DNA of 64,000 nt from Nageia nagi. Taxonomy: Eukaryota > Plantae > Pinophyta. Location of the stretch: the NCBI GenBank assembly GCA_050084985.1, contig JBITNC010000001.1:80786001-80850000 (forward strand). Direction: 5' to 3'. Positions 37,364-50,807 of the stretch are shown piece by piece. The notes under the pieces were generated by a model, which was given only the letters and a program-made list of their open reading frames with translations, did no database searches and was not told the origin of the DNA. Numbering within the stretch: position 1 is the first letter of the stretch; each line of letters opens with the position of its first letter. The position numbers and the translations under genes are program-made.

Positions 37364-38189
37364 GTACTAGTGTCACCTGAATTCTTCACAGTATTCAGAA
37401 ACATACAGATAAATTGTAATATACTTTATATTTGTCTGTTCTTTCTTGTGTTTTCACTTTTTATTTCTTATTCTATGTTCAAATAGGTTATTTATGGCTG
37501 CACTTTGTTGAATAATTTAAATTCAAGATTTATTGCATAAGGTTGGCCTAACTGAAGAGAATATTATGTCTCCGAAAGATATTTACCAACTTCTCAATCA
37601 GGGGAAAACAGGTCTAAACTGAATTACAGAACCAAAGACAATTCAACCACTTCAAAGCAGCCAATTAACTTGAAAACAAGAAAAATCCTAATCAAAAACA
37701 CATTGTACATTTTAATTGTAGATTTAGGACTGAACGTTTTTAATAAAGAGTATCAGTGGTGAATTGCAGGGACAAGGAGATTGAATTACATGAAGTATGG
37801 GAGATCTCTCCCCTGTTTCTAAACCCTATCTCCAGTGAAGCCTTACAGTTACAGCACAGCACCTTGCCCATTAATTCTGTTTGTCTGCAACCATGTGTTC
37901 AACGTGACCCCCTTTCAACTCTTGCATCAGCATGGTGCAACACAAGCTCGATGCCTCTGAACCTCCTCATAGCCTTGTAAGTAGTGTTTTTCTCAGCTGG
38001 TGATAAATACAAGGACTTTACAGACTCTGCAAGAAAACACAATTTATGGATGTGTTCCAGCTATATTCAAGCAAAACAAAACCTAGTTATATCTGTTGGC
38101 CAAGCTACCATGGACCCCATAATTGACCATATGGGTAAGCACATGCTTATTGTAAGTTCGTTGGAAGGCTAGTGACGTCAAGAACACAA

Positions 38190-38760
38190 GTGTTGGATAT
38201 CCAATTCCTTGAAAGCTGAAAGAGTATGCTTCAGAATTTGGGGCTTTTTGATTCTTTCTTGTAGTTTTTGCACCAGAAGAGGAAATGCAAATTCGAAAGT
38301 GGGCCCTTGTTCATGGGCAGTGTTGGCTTGTTTATGACTTCCTGGTCCCTTGGCTTTGACATTACTCAAAAGGATCCAACAGAGGGACTGGTTTGGATCA
38401 CATTATACAATTCCACGATTTACCTATGTGTACCATTCACTTATGGGTAAATGGCATTTTCAAAGAAAAAACTAACATGGCCATAAAAGTCATCTCTATT
38501 GATTTTGAAGCCAGAGCCTAGAGTCACATAGCTTCAATCGAAATCTGTGCACTAGTGAACTTGAGTCAGCAACTACCAAAGAAAATTTGGCTAAAATCTA
38601 GTGTGGAAGACTCATTGAGTGGACAGTTGATTTTGGGAACATCCACTGGAAAGGCAATTTCTTCTACTGTTATGGCCACGTGTGTCGAGCCTGCCCCAAA
38701 ATTTGAAATTTCTTCCACTCTTGATGCCCTCAACACTCCCTTGCCACCTGTAGTAGTGGC
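38190..38760 (+). pseudogene. L1 LINE ORF1 (DUF4283-like) fragment
   Basis: GPLFMGSVGLFMTSWSLGFD...VWITL, ICALVNLSQQLPKKIWL and a decayed zinc knuckle (YCYGHVCRACP). Several frameshifts. Confidence 0.65.
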
Positions 38761-38829
38761 TACTAGAGGAAGAAAATTAGAAGAAGAAATGTTGAGATTG
38801 GAAGGATAGAATATTCTTGAAAGATTTTA

Positions 38830-39490
38830 TAGCCAAGAGAGGATTTATGGAGGCATAAATTGTCTCAAATACCATTTGGAAAGGTTAGCTGCACATGATG
38901 TCAAGCTGTATCTGAATATAGAACTCGAGGTTGTGAGGAAATGCAATGCCCTCCTAGAAGATTACGATGAGAAAAGAGAACATAAAAGAAAATCAAGTCA
39001 AGCTATGTCTAATCATTCTCTTGGATCACATACAAAGGCTTGGAGTGCAACAAGTCCGTCAATGGCACATCTAGGGAGAGGGACAATGGATTCATTTTTT
39101 GTATAATATTGCATGCCAAGATCACAACCCACACTTGAGGGTATGACATCATGGAATGAGGAGGAAGGCTTTTGCAAGTTTTTGGTATTTCTTTGACATT
39201 CCCTTCAATGTGGTGAGGAATCCATATTGGAAGAGAATGGTTGATGCCTTAATAGTTTGTGGCCCAATATTTGAGCCACCAACATATGATGATTTTAGGG
39301 GTCCTCCTTCAAGAATTTGTGAATGATAGATAATATTTGGTTGATGATCATCGCATAATTTGAAAATAAAAGGGGTTGCACAATCTTGTTCAATGGGTGG
39401 ATAGATGGAAGGAATCACACTTTGATTAATTTTTCTAGTTGCTTCTATAGGAGGAATTGTATTCCTCAAGTCAATGGATGCATTGAAATA
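38830..39490 (+). pseudogene. Second hAT (DUF659-type) transposase fragment
   Basis: GGINCLKYHL, QPTLE, DIPFNVVRNPYW, GCTILFNGWIDGRNHTLINF and VFLKSMDA motifs with stops and frameshifts. Confidence 0.85.
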
Positions 39491-40829
39491 AGTCAAATGA
39501 TCTATTATGATAGCCAAACTATGACTATTCTCACCATTACAAATTTTAGAATTGAAAACTTGCATGTGCTCTCAAATGTAAATAGTACTAAACACTAAAA
39601 AATGATAGTACAATAAGCAAAAGATTCACACAAAATAAGAATCAAAATTTGGAGATACGACCTTGCAAGGGTTACATTTAACTTACAATGTATTGTGTCA
39701 ATTAAAGTTGTAGATCAAAAGTTATGGCCTTTTGAAATTTATTGAATTGTTTCACTACCAGGCGAGAGTAGGAAGCTTTAGGGTCTTGGTGGAAGACTCG
39801 GTGGAACAAGGGTAAATGAAGTGAGAGTGTGAATACACAGGCATAACCGAATGACATAGAGATAAGCTATATGCCCCAGAATACATTCACTTGCGTGCAA
39901 ATCATGTAAAGAATAACTTAAAACATTTCAAGAAATATGCAATGTGCAACTTCAGAAGGAAAAACTATTCGGATATGCATAATCCCACAAATGAAAATCT
40001 CCACAGTATTTACTTTATAGCACTATTCTTGAAAGAAAGCAATTTATGATGATATACAATGACACGAGCAATAACATTCCTTGCCTGATAGCAGTACCCT
40101 CAACATGATATTCAAAGTGTAGTAGAGATGTAACAATACGCAATCATGACAAGCATAGAACCCCTTATGCAGCAAACTTCTATGCGGAGGAATGCTGAAA
40201 TCTTTCATATGCAAATTCACATACATGCAAAATCTTCACAGATAGGCAATGATATGCGGAAATGGCACACATGCTATATATTCTTTAGTTTTGCAAATAC
40301 AAAGAAATTCCTCCTGTTCTTACAAATGCAAAACCTTATGCAATCAATATTATGCAAAAATCCTAAATGCCAAAATCCCCTTCTAAATGGCCCTGATGAA
40401 GTATATATAGGCCATCAGAAGTGTTGCCCTAAAGGCATCAAATCCGATATGGTGTGCACATAAATCAGATTGTTCACATAAAACGATGCAAGTGGCACTT
40501 AAATACTGATAAAATATAAATGCCATTATCAAAATGCATTTAATCTACCTCTAAACTATGCAAAAGCAAATCCGATATGCAATAATTGTCTGACATCTAA
40601 ATCGGTGGGAGCAAAACCTCATCCTTGCACTTGTCAGAGTCATAATGAGTGAGTCTGACAGATTTGATTTGGCAGGAGAAAAACCTCATCCCTACACCAG
40701 TCAAATTGAGTAAATGAAGTCTGAGCATAACAACAACCATCATAAAACATGTAGTAAACAAAAGAAAGATTGTTGCAGAGAGAAACTGCGAGTGGATTGG
40801 ATCTAGGCCAGATCTGATTCGGTACCGGC

Positions 40830-43800
40830 AGAGTTCCACTCCTCGTTGGTGAGACCGTACAACTCAATGGTCTCCTTCAAGAATGCCATAGTCTTTCGCA
40901 TGCCCTTGGAGATTATGCCAACGATGTTGCCATTCTACTGAAAATAGTCCTCGATCTGGTCAGATGTAGCTTGCATCTGGTACCTTCAGATGACCATCTG
41001 TCTCTCATGGACAATGGGATGCCCTGCCTTCAACAAATTGAGGTCAGCGATGTCTAGATGCTCTTGTATCAGGTTTTGAGCCTTTGGCAATACCGCTTCC
41101 TTCTTCCTCATGCTGTTATCCTCTCCTTCGAACCTAAGCTGATAAACATACTTGCTCATTTGCTCCTTGACCTCTTTCCTCAAGGGGATTTTGAGTTTTA
41201 GAACTACTTTACACTTTTCAAGTGCGTGCTTTAGCCAATCATGATGGTAATTGAATTCTTTGCAGTAGACCAATTTCTTAGGCCTGTCAGCGAAAACTTG
41301 CTACAGGTGGGAGACGTTGGGGAGGTAGCCGTCCAACTTGTCAATATGTGCTGTGAGTTGTGTTTTAAGATCCCTGATTTTCACACCTTCTAGGAGCTTG
41401 TAAATTTGAGAAGATAACTTCTCAATCGTTTCCATCAACTCCCAACCTTCATGGAACGAGGTCTTCTTCTTCAGATCAAGAGGGGTGGTACTGATATTCT
41501 GGAATTCCTTAATGATTTTCCTGCTGTTTGTGAGCTCTCTTTTGAACCTCTTTACCTTTTTTTTGGCTTCGTAGCCCTCCTGTTCCATGACTACAGCGTT
41601 TTGGGTTGCTATGTGCTTGAGGGTTGTTAGTCCCATCTTCACAAGCATCTTAAACGTCTCAATCATACAATCTTTTGCCCTCTAAGGATGCTTCTCCTTT
41701 GAATAACAGTGACTAATGGAGATCTCATTCCGGGAGGTAGAAACAAATGTGTCAACTCTTCTAATCTTTTCACCGTCCGAAAGCTCCTCTTCTGCATCCT
41801 CAGAACGCAGGTCTTGGTCTATTTCTTTATCATGAGCCATACTCATGTTGAGGACTCTAAGGCAGGCATCTAGGTCAAGGTCCAGATGCTTGGTTGCTGG
41901 CTGGGGAGGAAGCTTCTGCACCAACAATCGGCCTTTGGTAACCTTCTTGACTTCTTTGGTCGGAGTAGTTTGAATAAGGGCAATCTCATTACCTTGGTGC
42001 TCGTCCTGCTTTCACTTTTTCCTTTGCTCTTCAGTTTCCCCTTTGTCTTCTTCAACTCCCCCATCGACTCCTATTGATATGTCTTTGTTCCGTGGCTGAG
42101 GGGATCTTTCATGGCTGGTCCTCTTTATAGAGGGCTTCTGGGAAGACAAAGTTGACCTCTTTCTATGCTCGGCATGAGAGGTCTTGGAGGCACCCACTTC
42201 TCTGGCGCACATTACTCCGATGAATTGGACCTCATCATCATAGGTCCCCACATCCACAAACTCATCATCATTTGGGAGAGTTTCAATCTCATTAGGTGCG
42301 GAAGCACCTACGGATACATCCTCTTGTTGGTGGAAGTGCTCATCAGCAACATGATCATCATCTTCATCATCTTCTTCTTTTAAACCATGGCGCTCTTCAT
42401 CACTCCTCTGGCTTTCTATATCTTCCTCGAGGTCTTCTACTATACAACTGGGTTCCTCATCAGTTCCTTCATCGAAAGAAGTGGAATGCTCGGAAGAAGT
42501 GGAACTTGGTTGCGATGGGGGGACCTTTTCTCCACATCCAGGAGGACTAGTGGGTCTAGAAGGAATGCCTTTTATCGATGAATCATTGGCACAGGCCTCC
42601 TCCAGCATGCTCAAGGGTACAATGCGATAGCCAGCATCTCTCAAATCTTCCATCATCACATTGCGTTTACTAGGACATGAGGTGCGCTCCCTTGAAACTC
42701 CTCTTTTCCCAATGGGAAGTAAGGGCATGTTGCCTTGTGGAGGCGCAACAATAGTAGGAGGAGACATTTTGATCCTGAGTGGGACCTCTTTAGATCTAGC
42801 TTTGACAGTGTGTGGTCTCTGAGGTAGCTTTTCAGATGGGAGGGGGTCCTTCTTCTTGCTCAAAAGAGCATCTATTCGTACAATTTCCTCCTCATTTTGC
42901 ACATTTCGATACTTCTCCACATTCCTTAAAGATTTATGCTGAAAAGTGATTGACTTCTAGAATGCGGTGTTATAGAAATGAGCAATCACACCTCTAGGAT
43001 CGTAATTTCTAGCTGCTGCCTCCTTGAAGAAGACGTAGTGCTTCAGCTTCTTCATATTGCTGGCCTCAACCCACGTCTGGCAAACATAACTTGCAATGGA
43101 AGTGGGCAAGTTGATGGTTGCATTCTTCTTCCTCCAAACTCTTTCGTTCAAAAACAACAACTGTCTGGCAAACTCCATGAGAATGTGCCTGTCGTTGGCA
43201 TATTTGGGCAGGAGTAGGGGTTGCTTTTTGTAGCCATAGACCCTGATGAATGTATGGTCATCATACTGCAGATAGAAATTTGCATGTGCATTGATGGCCT
43301 AAATGGCTGCATCAGAAATCCTCTTCACAACCGATTCCCCTTTAATGTCTTTGTAGATGGAGTACTCCCACTAGTCATTTCTCTCATAGAAATGCTGAAA
43401 CTTGTTGTGATACCACCACTTTGGGTATACCCACCACACAGGGATTTCTTTTTGACTCAAGTATCTCTTATTTGCTAGCTCTTTGGGTTTGAGCTTGCCA
43501 TGGAACAACAGGTACACAAGATAAGAGTTCATGTAAAATCTCTTTGAGGAACCAAAATAAGCCAGCTGGTGGCATAGGGCATCACTGATCACCTTACTCT
43601 ATAAGATGGCTCTCCCCGAGCTGATTATCGCGATAAACCCTGTGAACTCGTTCCTGTACTTGGAGTCATTCTCTTGACCCATAACTGTGGACAACAAAGT
43701 GATCAACTTGGCCATTGTAGGTAGGAATTCTTCTCTACGACATTGACCACCCTTTGGCCCTAGATGTTTTGGTAATCTTCATAAAGCCATGCTCGAATGT

Positions 43801-44200
43801 AGTCTCCAAGCCGGGCGGTAGAATAATGAAATTCCATCTGGGGAGAAGTCCATGATCACATTCCCCTCTATGTCCAAGAGGAATTTCTTGTCAAATTTAC
43901 ATCTCTTGGCTACCTCGTAGCACAAGTCAGGAACCAAAAGCATCATGGTAGCATTGAACAACCCACAAGTGTGGATAAGTTCATCTGATAGGTCCTCCTT
44001 ACTGATGGAGGCAATGGAGACTATGGTTTGGATGGGGTCAAGATTTCCCCAATTTGTTTCTCCAATGAAGACGTATCTCCCCTTGAACTTGAATCAAGGT
44101 TGCCCCTTTTATATGAGATGCATTGAGGGCGTATGTATGGTAGAATGCATGCCTGCCACTTGTCTTTTTCTCTTCTCAACTCTTGGCGCTTCACACACTT
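40830..44200 (-). pseudogene. Disrupted accessory ORF, paralogue of 4240-7363
   Basis: IGETNWGNLDP vs IGDIDWQNVDP; GNVIMDFSPDGI vs GDIIMDFSLNAI; MEFARQLLFLNERVWRKKNATINLP vs MEMMRQLAFLHEQVWQKKSATSNLP. Then an acidic linker (42012-42920) and a K/E-rich C-terminus. End points approximate. Confidence 0.8.
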
Positions 44201-44324
44201 AGCCAGCTTGTAACCCTGGGCGCACAGTTTGAGATGAGTCTTTTTTTTTGTTGCCTGGAAAACATGCGATTGGGTCCTGGGTCACTTAGTCAAATTTAGG
44301 GCATCATTTCTTCACTTCACACCT

Positions 44325-45875
44325 GGGCGCATGGATCTTGGTGAGTGGAAAAGCATGTTCTGCAAAGCATGCGCCTCAGATTCTAGGGTTCAAATGAAAT
44401 GCCTTAGCCAAAAACGGCTATCTGGGTGTTCAAACAAAACCCTAACTCCTTATTCCTCCTTGGCGCACTGTTTGAGGTGAGTGCTTTAGCATATCCCTGA
44501 AATGGTGCGAATGGGGATCTGGATGCAAATCTGAAATGAAGTATTGAAAAATGACTAAGGGATGGTTTAGTATTTATAGTCTCCAGGGTTGCCACTTGTC
44601 ACCTTCTAGTTGGTTGAATTGGAGGTCAAATGATGGAGTGGAGTAGAGGGCGCATGGCTTTGGATGAGTGCAAAAGCATGTGCCAGAATGTGTGCGCATG
44701 AGAATGGAGGACTGAGTCAATTTTCATCTCAATTTGAAGCTCTTTTTCCTGGTCGCACCCTTTGGAGTGGGTGCAAAAGCATGCACCTTGAAGTATACGC
44801 CTGGGCCTCCCTGGTTGGATTTTAATGCTTAGTCAATTTCACTTCTAGGCCAGGAAATCTAGGCTAGGCACATGAATTAGGGGGAGTGCTTAAGCATGTG
44901 TAGAAATTGATGCGACTGAACTGTGGCACACCTCTCGAGACTAGAAATTCCAAAAAAATAATGAAAATGACAAAATTGCAATTTTGAAACAAGGTGCATG
45001 TTTTAGGGGATGTGCTTTTTCTCCTCTACTCCACGCAGTTCTCCAGACATAACCTTCCAAATAGAATAACTGTTGCTGACTTCCTTTCTATAGCCTTCTC
45101 GGATGGGATAGGTGTCATCTTGTGATTGGTGCAAGAGGGGGTCAAATGCATGTATCCACACTTGTCAACATCCAGGCCCAACACTTAACCAAATTTTATT
45201 GCTTCAAATTGGGTGCACCGTTTAGGGGACATGCAAAAGCATGTTCTTCAAAACATGCGCCTAGCTATTTTGGAACTTTGCTAAAAAATTGGCTAAGTAT
45301 AGAGCCTCTAATCCTTGGTCGCACCGTTTTAGTATGTCCCTCAAAACATGCAACTTGCTCTTTTCCTTGCAAACTGAATGACTTCACAAAATATGCTAAG
45401 TATGGGATGTTCACCTCCTTGGTCGCACTGTTTTGGGGACATGCAAAAGCATGTCCCTCAAAACATGCGACTAGCTTTTTCACCAAAAAATATTCTAAGT
45501 ATGAAAGCTCTCAGCCCTGGTGGCACCATTTTGGGCACATGCAAAAGCATGTCCCTCAAAACATGCGACTAGCTTTTTCACCAAAAAATATTCCAAGTAT
45601 GAAAGCTCTTAGCCCTGGTCCCACCATTTTGGGGACATGCAAAAGCATGCCCCTCAAAACATGTGATTGGCTGGAAACATGAATTTTCTTGATAATTTGA
45701 CCAACATGATTCCATCATGAAATGCAATGAAAGGGAGATAGGCTTTGTTGCATGAGGGACCTGAAAATGCATGTTTACGGGCCAAAAATGCAGGTATGAA
45801 TCCGGAAAATGCAGCATGAAGTTGGTTGCACTGTTTTGGGGACATTCAAAAGCACGTCCCTCAAAGCATGCGACT
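44325..45875. repeat. Array of ~10-11 interspaced ~50-bp palindromic repeats
   Basis: GTCGCACTGTTTTGGGGACATGC-AAAA-GCATGTCCCTCAAAACATGCGAC and variants at ~44325, 44648, 44751, 44865, 45211, 45317, 45421, 45519, 45617 and 45823, plus a partial copy at ~44992. Confidence 0.88.
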
Positions 45876-48800
45876 ATGGAAAGATTCAAATTTTTTGGCT
45901 GGATTTGATCATTTGAGTGCAAACTTGGCATGTTTCCTATAGCTAGACCATGATGCATGCATTTTCTTTAGAAAAAACTTCTTCCATGCATTCGTGCTTG
46001 ATTTCATGAGGGTCCTTAAAATGCAACATTTTGGGGGGGTGTTGTGCAGGCACAACAATAGCTAAAAAACAAAACAATAACAAAAACTAACACAAAACGG
46101 ACACTGGGACATGATGACATAATGTAGTAAACTTAATGCATTCTCGACGTAAACAAAATGTAGACATGACACGAACAAAATGTAGACAAGACAACTATGT
46201 ACAAGACAATGCAAAAGGATCTTCAAGCTTGAAAATAATGCTTGAGGTGTTTACCATTATCGGGTAATGATAATACCTCACCGGTGAGTTGCCTAAACTT
46301 GAAGGGATTCGGAACCACAAGGTCTTCAATGAGAAATGGCCCTAACCACTGTTTGTTGAACTTAGCATGCTTCCCCTTGACTTCATGTGCCTTATCCCAC
46401 GTCAAGAGGAGATCATCTTGTTCGAAATTCTTCACCGGTGCAATTTTGTCAAACCATCTTTTCGTGATTTGTTGGTGACGGATCATACTTTGGAGAGCGT
46501 TTTTTCTTTTCTCTTCTAGCTGGAGCAAGTTCACCAACCTCGCCTCAACCACATCATCAATTCCAGCGTATTCCTTCATGAACTGAAGGGTTGCAATCTT
46601 TAAATGCATGGGAAATATCGGTTTAGTGTTGTACACAAGTTGATATGGGCTGGTACCGAGAGACTTCTTCAGCTTGATCCTATCGGACCACAATGCATAT
46701 TTCAGTTTACTGTGCCATTCTCTCGGATTGTTCGCCAGAAGCTTCTTGATCACCGTTTCCAGATTGATGTTGGTTGACTCAACTACTGCATTGCCTTGTG
46801 GATAATAATGTGACAAGTAACTTATGTTGATGCCATGATCGCATGCCCATTTTGTCAACTTCGTCAAAGTGAAACCAAGTCCATTATTGCACACTAGGCT
46901 ATAGGGAATGCCGAAGCTTGTGATGATGAATTCTTCGAGGAAGTCTATGACAACTTCAGAAGTGGCATTTTTGTATGCTTTGGCTTCGATCCACCTAGTG
47001 CAGTAATCAGTAGCAGTCAGGATGATTTTGTGTCCGTTGGAAGAATTGGGAATAATGACTCCAATAAAATCTAACCCCCATTTAGCAAAAGGTTTGACTT
47101 CTAGCATGGGCTGAAGGGGTAGATTGGAAGACTTTTCTCTTGCAGTCGAAGTTTGACAAACATGACATTTCTTCATGTAATTGTAGGCATCTTTGAAAAT
47201 GGTCGGCCAATAAAATCCAGCTCTCACAATTTGATGGGCCAACATAGGGCCTGGAGCGTGACCAGTTCCACCGTCTTGGTCATGAAACTGTTTCAGGACT
47301 TCCACAACTTGATTCTCTTCAAGGCACCTTAGAAAGATACCTTCAGGATTCTTGCGAAACAACTTATTAGCCTTTACCATGAATTTAGTAGATTTGTACC
47401 TCCGGGCCCTTCTCTGAGCTTGATTGTAATGTTCGGGATATGAGCCAGAAGTGAGGTTTCTGGTAATGTCCTCATACTAGGAACCTTTAGTAGGTGCATA
47501 CTGGCACACCATAATGTCAACATCTCTCACCTCTTTTGAATCAGGATCGTTTTCGCAGAAGGCGAGTGTTCAAGAAAGTCCTTGGCCACGTACAATGTTC
47601 ATTGGTTGAATGGTGAGATTATATTCTTGGAGAGTAGTCACCCAATTTCCTCGTTTTTCACTTAGCTTATGTTGGACGTGCAAATTCTTCACAGCTACAT
47701 CAGGCACGATAAGAATGACTAGGCTTCTGAGAATATAGTGCCTGATCTTCTTGACAGGTCGAACCAAGGCATATGCTTGTTTATCAATTGGAGGGTATCT
47801 TAAAGCATCATCTTTTAGTGGGGCGCTCATAAATGCAATGGGCTTCTCATGATTTTCTTCTTCAATTGTCTGAGTGAGGACTCTAGCTAAGGAATGCTCG
47901 GATTTGAAAGAGTATAAATAGAATGGTCGCTTGTAATTAAGACTGGTGAGAATAAGAGCACTGGAGATGGCATTCTTGATATCTTGAAAAGCTTTGCGTG
48001 CTTCCTTGTTCCACACTATCTTTGCATCTTTCTTCAAAATGTCATTGATGGGTTTGGCAATTTCCACGAAGCCCGATATGAACTTGCGAACAAAGTTAAT
48101 GCGGCCCATGAACGACCTCAGCTCCTTAACACTTGATGGAAATGGAATCTTTTGAATGGCATTCACCTCTCAGGATTGATGGAGATCCCATGCTCAAAAA
48201 GGATGTGACCTAACAGTCTCCCTTTGGAAGTGCCAAAAATACACTTCTTGTGATTCAAAGAAATTCGAAATTTTTTGCATCTTTCAAAAACTTTCCTCAA
48301 ATCCTCTTCATGAGAAGATCTAGCTTTGGAGAACATTGTCAAATCATCCATGTATATTACAATGGATTTCCCGATCAATCCTTGGAAGGCAAAATCCATG
48401 GCTCTTTGAAACGTAGCACCAACATTTATCAGGCCGAAGGGCATCCTGCTATATGCAAATGTTCCCCATTTTGTAGTGAAGGTTGTCTTCAATCTATCTT
48501 TCTCGTCAAACGAAATTTGATTGTAACCTGAATAACCGTCCAAAAAGGACATCATTTGAGAACTGTTTACAATCTGTAAGACTTAATTGAGGGAAGGTAG
48601 AGAATAATTGTCCTTCTTAGAAGCTTGGTTGAGATGTCTGAAATCAATACATACCCTTATCTCTCCATTCTTCTTTCGGACAGGAACTATATTCGCAACC
48701 TAGGATGAGTTTCTAATTGGAAAAATAATCTTGGACTCAGCCAATTTTTGGACTTCTTGAAAAATTAAAGGCTCCAGGATTGGGTTAACCACCCTTTGCT

Positions 48801-49635
48801 TATGCCAGAAAGGCTTCATATTTGGCTTAAGGGGAATGGTATGAGTCATGATATCAGGATCATATGTCTTAAGATGCTCATACCTCCATGCTATAATGTC
48901 AATGAATTGCTATATGACTTGAATGATTTTCTCTTTCAGCACCAATACACAATTTCCCGAAGAGGATTTTCTTGGGTTCAGACTCTGTCCCCAAGTTGAC
49001 TGCATCAATATATTCAGCATCAATTTGAGCAGCAACTTGGTTGCGGATCATATCGTGATCAAATAGGCGTTCCAATATCACAATTCCTTTTGGAATTTTA
49101 TTTGTCTTCAATTGGATGATTCCATAATCCAGGTTTTCTTTTGTCAGGACTGTGGCATTATCTTCGTTAGAGTCGGATGATTCTTCTTCAGTAATTTGGA
49201 AAGCAAACACTCCAGAACTTGTCATAAAATCTTGAATTTGTCGCTCATCTTGGAAAACTTGAAGATTTGCTATGTTGCTAGGAACTGAAGGCACTGGAAC
49301 AATTTCGATAGTAAGCCTACGCAATCGAGTATTTTCCAAGGGTTGGAGTGTGCTTGCAACGACGACCAATTAATCTGCCATTGACAACTGTCTCTATGAG
49401 ACAACTTGGTTATTGAAACACTCAATATCCCTTAGGAGATCCCACACTCGGAACCGTATCTATTCAACCTCAGATCGAATTTGGTTCACCACCAGCTTTG
49501 AATCTCCAATTATTTTCACGTACTTCACACCCTTTCAAAGAGCCATCCTCAGTCTGAGGACCAGGGCTTCATATTCAGCCGAATTGCATGTGCAGGGAAA
49601 CTGGAGCCGAAACGAGGCTTGATACCTCTTCCCTT

Positions 49636-50141
49636 TGTTGGAATGTATAATGCATTATTATAAAGGTTATGTAATCATCTTCTATGTAAATTCACTAATA
49701 CTTAAGGGTATCATTTGATACCTTAAGTATTTAAGTGAATATGATAATGTAACTTGTCCTACACTCCATGTCATGAGCATGCCTTTTGAGTAAAAGGATG
49801 TGCATGCCATGCTTTTGTACATTGGATAAAAGGTTGATCCAAAGAGGAATTTTGGCTTATAAATAGAAGGCTCCCTTTTTGTGATTACACACCAATTTGT
49901 GGAGTAAAGTTATGCTATAGGATAGTGGTTATAGGAGAAAAGATTAGGAGGATTGTAAGAGAGTTGTATTTGTGATTGAAGTAAAGATCTAGTTAGTGGA
50001 TGTACTCCTAGTTGGAGGAACCACTTACTTCTTGTGTCACTTTGTGAGATTGTTTATGTTGGAGTTCTTAATGTTGATTGAGTGAGCTTTCATGTGATCT
50101 TGGTAGTATAGGATTGTTCTTGTTATAGTTCAATTCTCACA
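49636..50141 (+). mobile_element. Solo LTR (~506 bp) inserted in the extra RNase H
   Basis: TGTTGG...CTCACA. TSD CCCTT/CCTTT with one mismatch; removing the insert restores LQNPKGKRY. TATAAAT at ~49857. Confidence 0.85.
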
Positions 50142-50691
50142 CCTTTTTGGATTCTGCAACTCAACACTGGCTCCACTTCCAAGCCTGGACTTAGAGCCAT
50201 CGAACTTGAGGACCCAAAATTGTTCTTCTTCAGGAGGATCAACACATTTATTTTTTAGAACTGTCAACATGAGGAGGATGTGAACTCTCTCCTCTCAATA
50301 ATTGGTCATGTTTCTCCATATTTTTTCAGATATTTATTTCTCTAGGAAGCCAACACTGGCATCCTTCTTTTTCAGGTTCTTGATGTTTGGGCATCAGGTG
50401 CCCAGCTTTCTCAAGCTTGTCCAGCTGTGTCAGCTTCATGCTTCATCCAGTCGGACATCTCCTCAAGAGGCTCTAGACCTAGAGCTTCTTGTCTTGTCAG
50501 CTTCAAATTGTTCGAGCAAGTGTCTTTCTTTAGAGGATTGAAATACAAAGGCGTTTGATGATATTCTTCAGTTTCCACATGGGGGCCACCTTTGTCAACA
50601 GTGACATCTGTAGTGTATACTCCTAGCTCTTCTTGTGCATAATGGACCTCATTCAAGTTGTAATCTGTGATCATCTCTTTGAGGCGGGGCT

Positions 50692-50807
50692 CGTTATTTA
50701 TTCTAATTTGGTTCAGTTGCCCCTTCCATGGAAGCCACATATGGGTGAACGTTATTTATTCTAATCTGGTTCGGTTGCCCCTTCCATGGAAGCCACATAT
50801 GGGTGAA
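50692..50807. repeat. 58-bp tandem duplication in the Tat pol
   Basis: CGTTATTTATTCTAATYTGGTTCRGTTGCCCCTTCCATGGAAGCCACATATGGGTGAA twice. Confidence 0.9.

Larger units (their letters stand above)
39600..46057 (-). mobile_element. Second giant LTR-like unit (~6.4 kb) with accessory ORF, directly downstream of a Tat integrase
   Basis: Terminal hairpin TGTTGTGCAGGCACAACA at 46040-46057. Same order of parts as 3026-8949: palindrome array, TATA, ORF, TATA. Left boundary not resolved; no TSD or PPT found. Confidence 0.65.
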
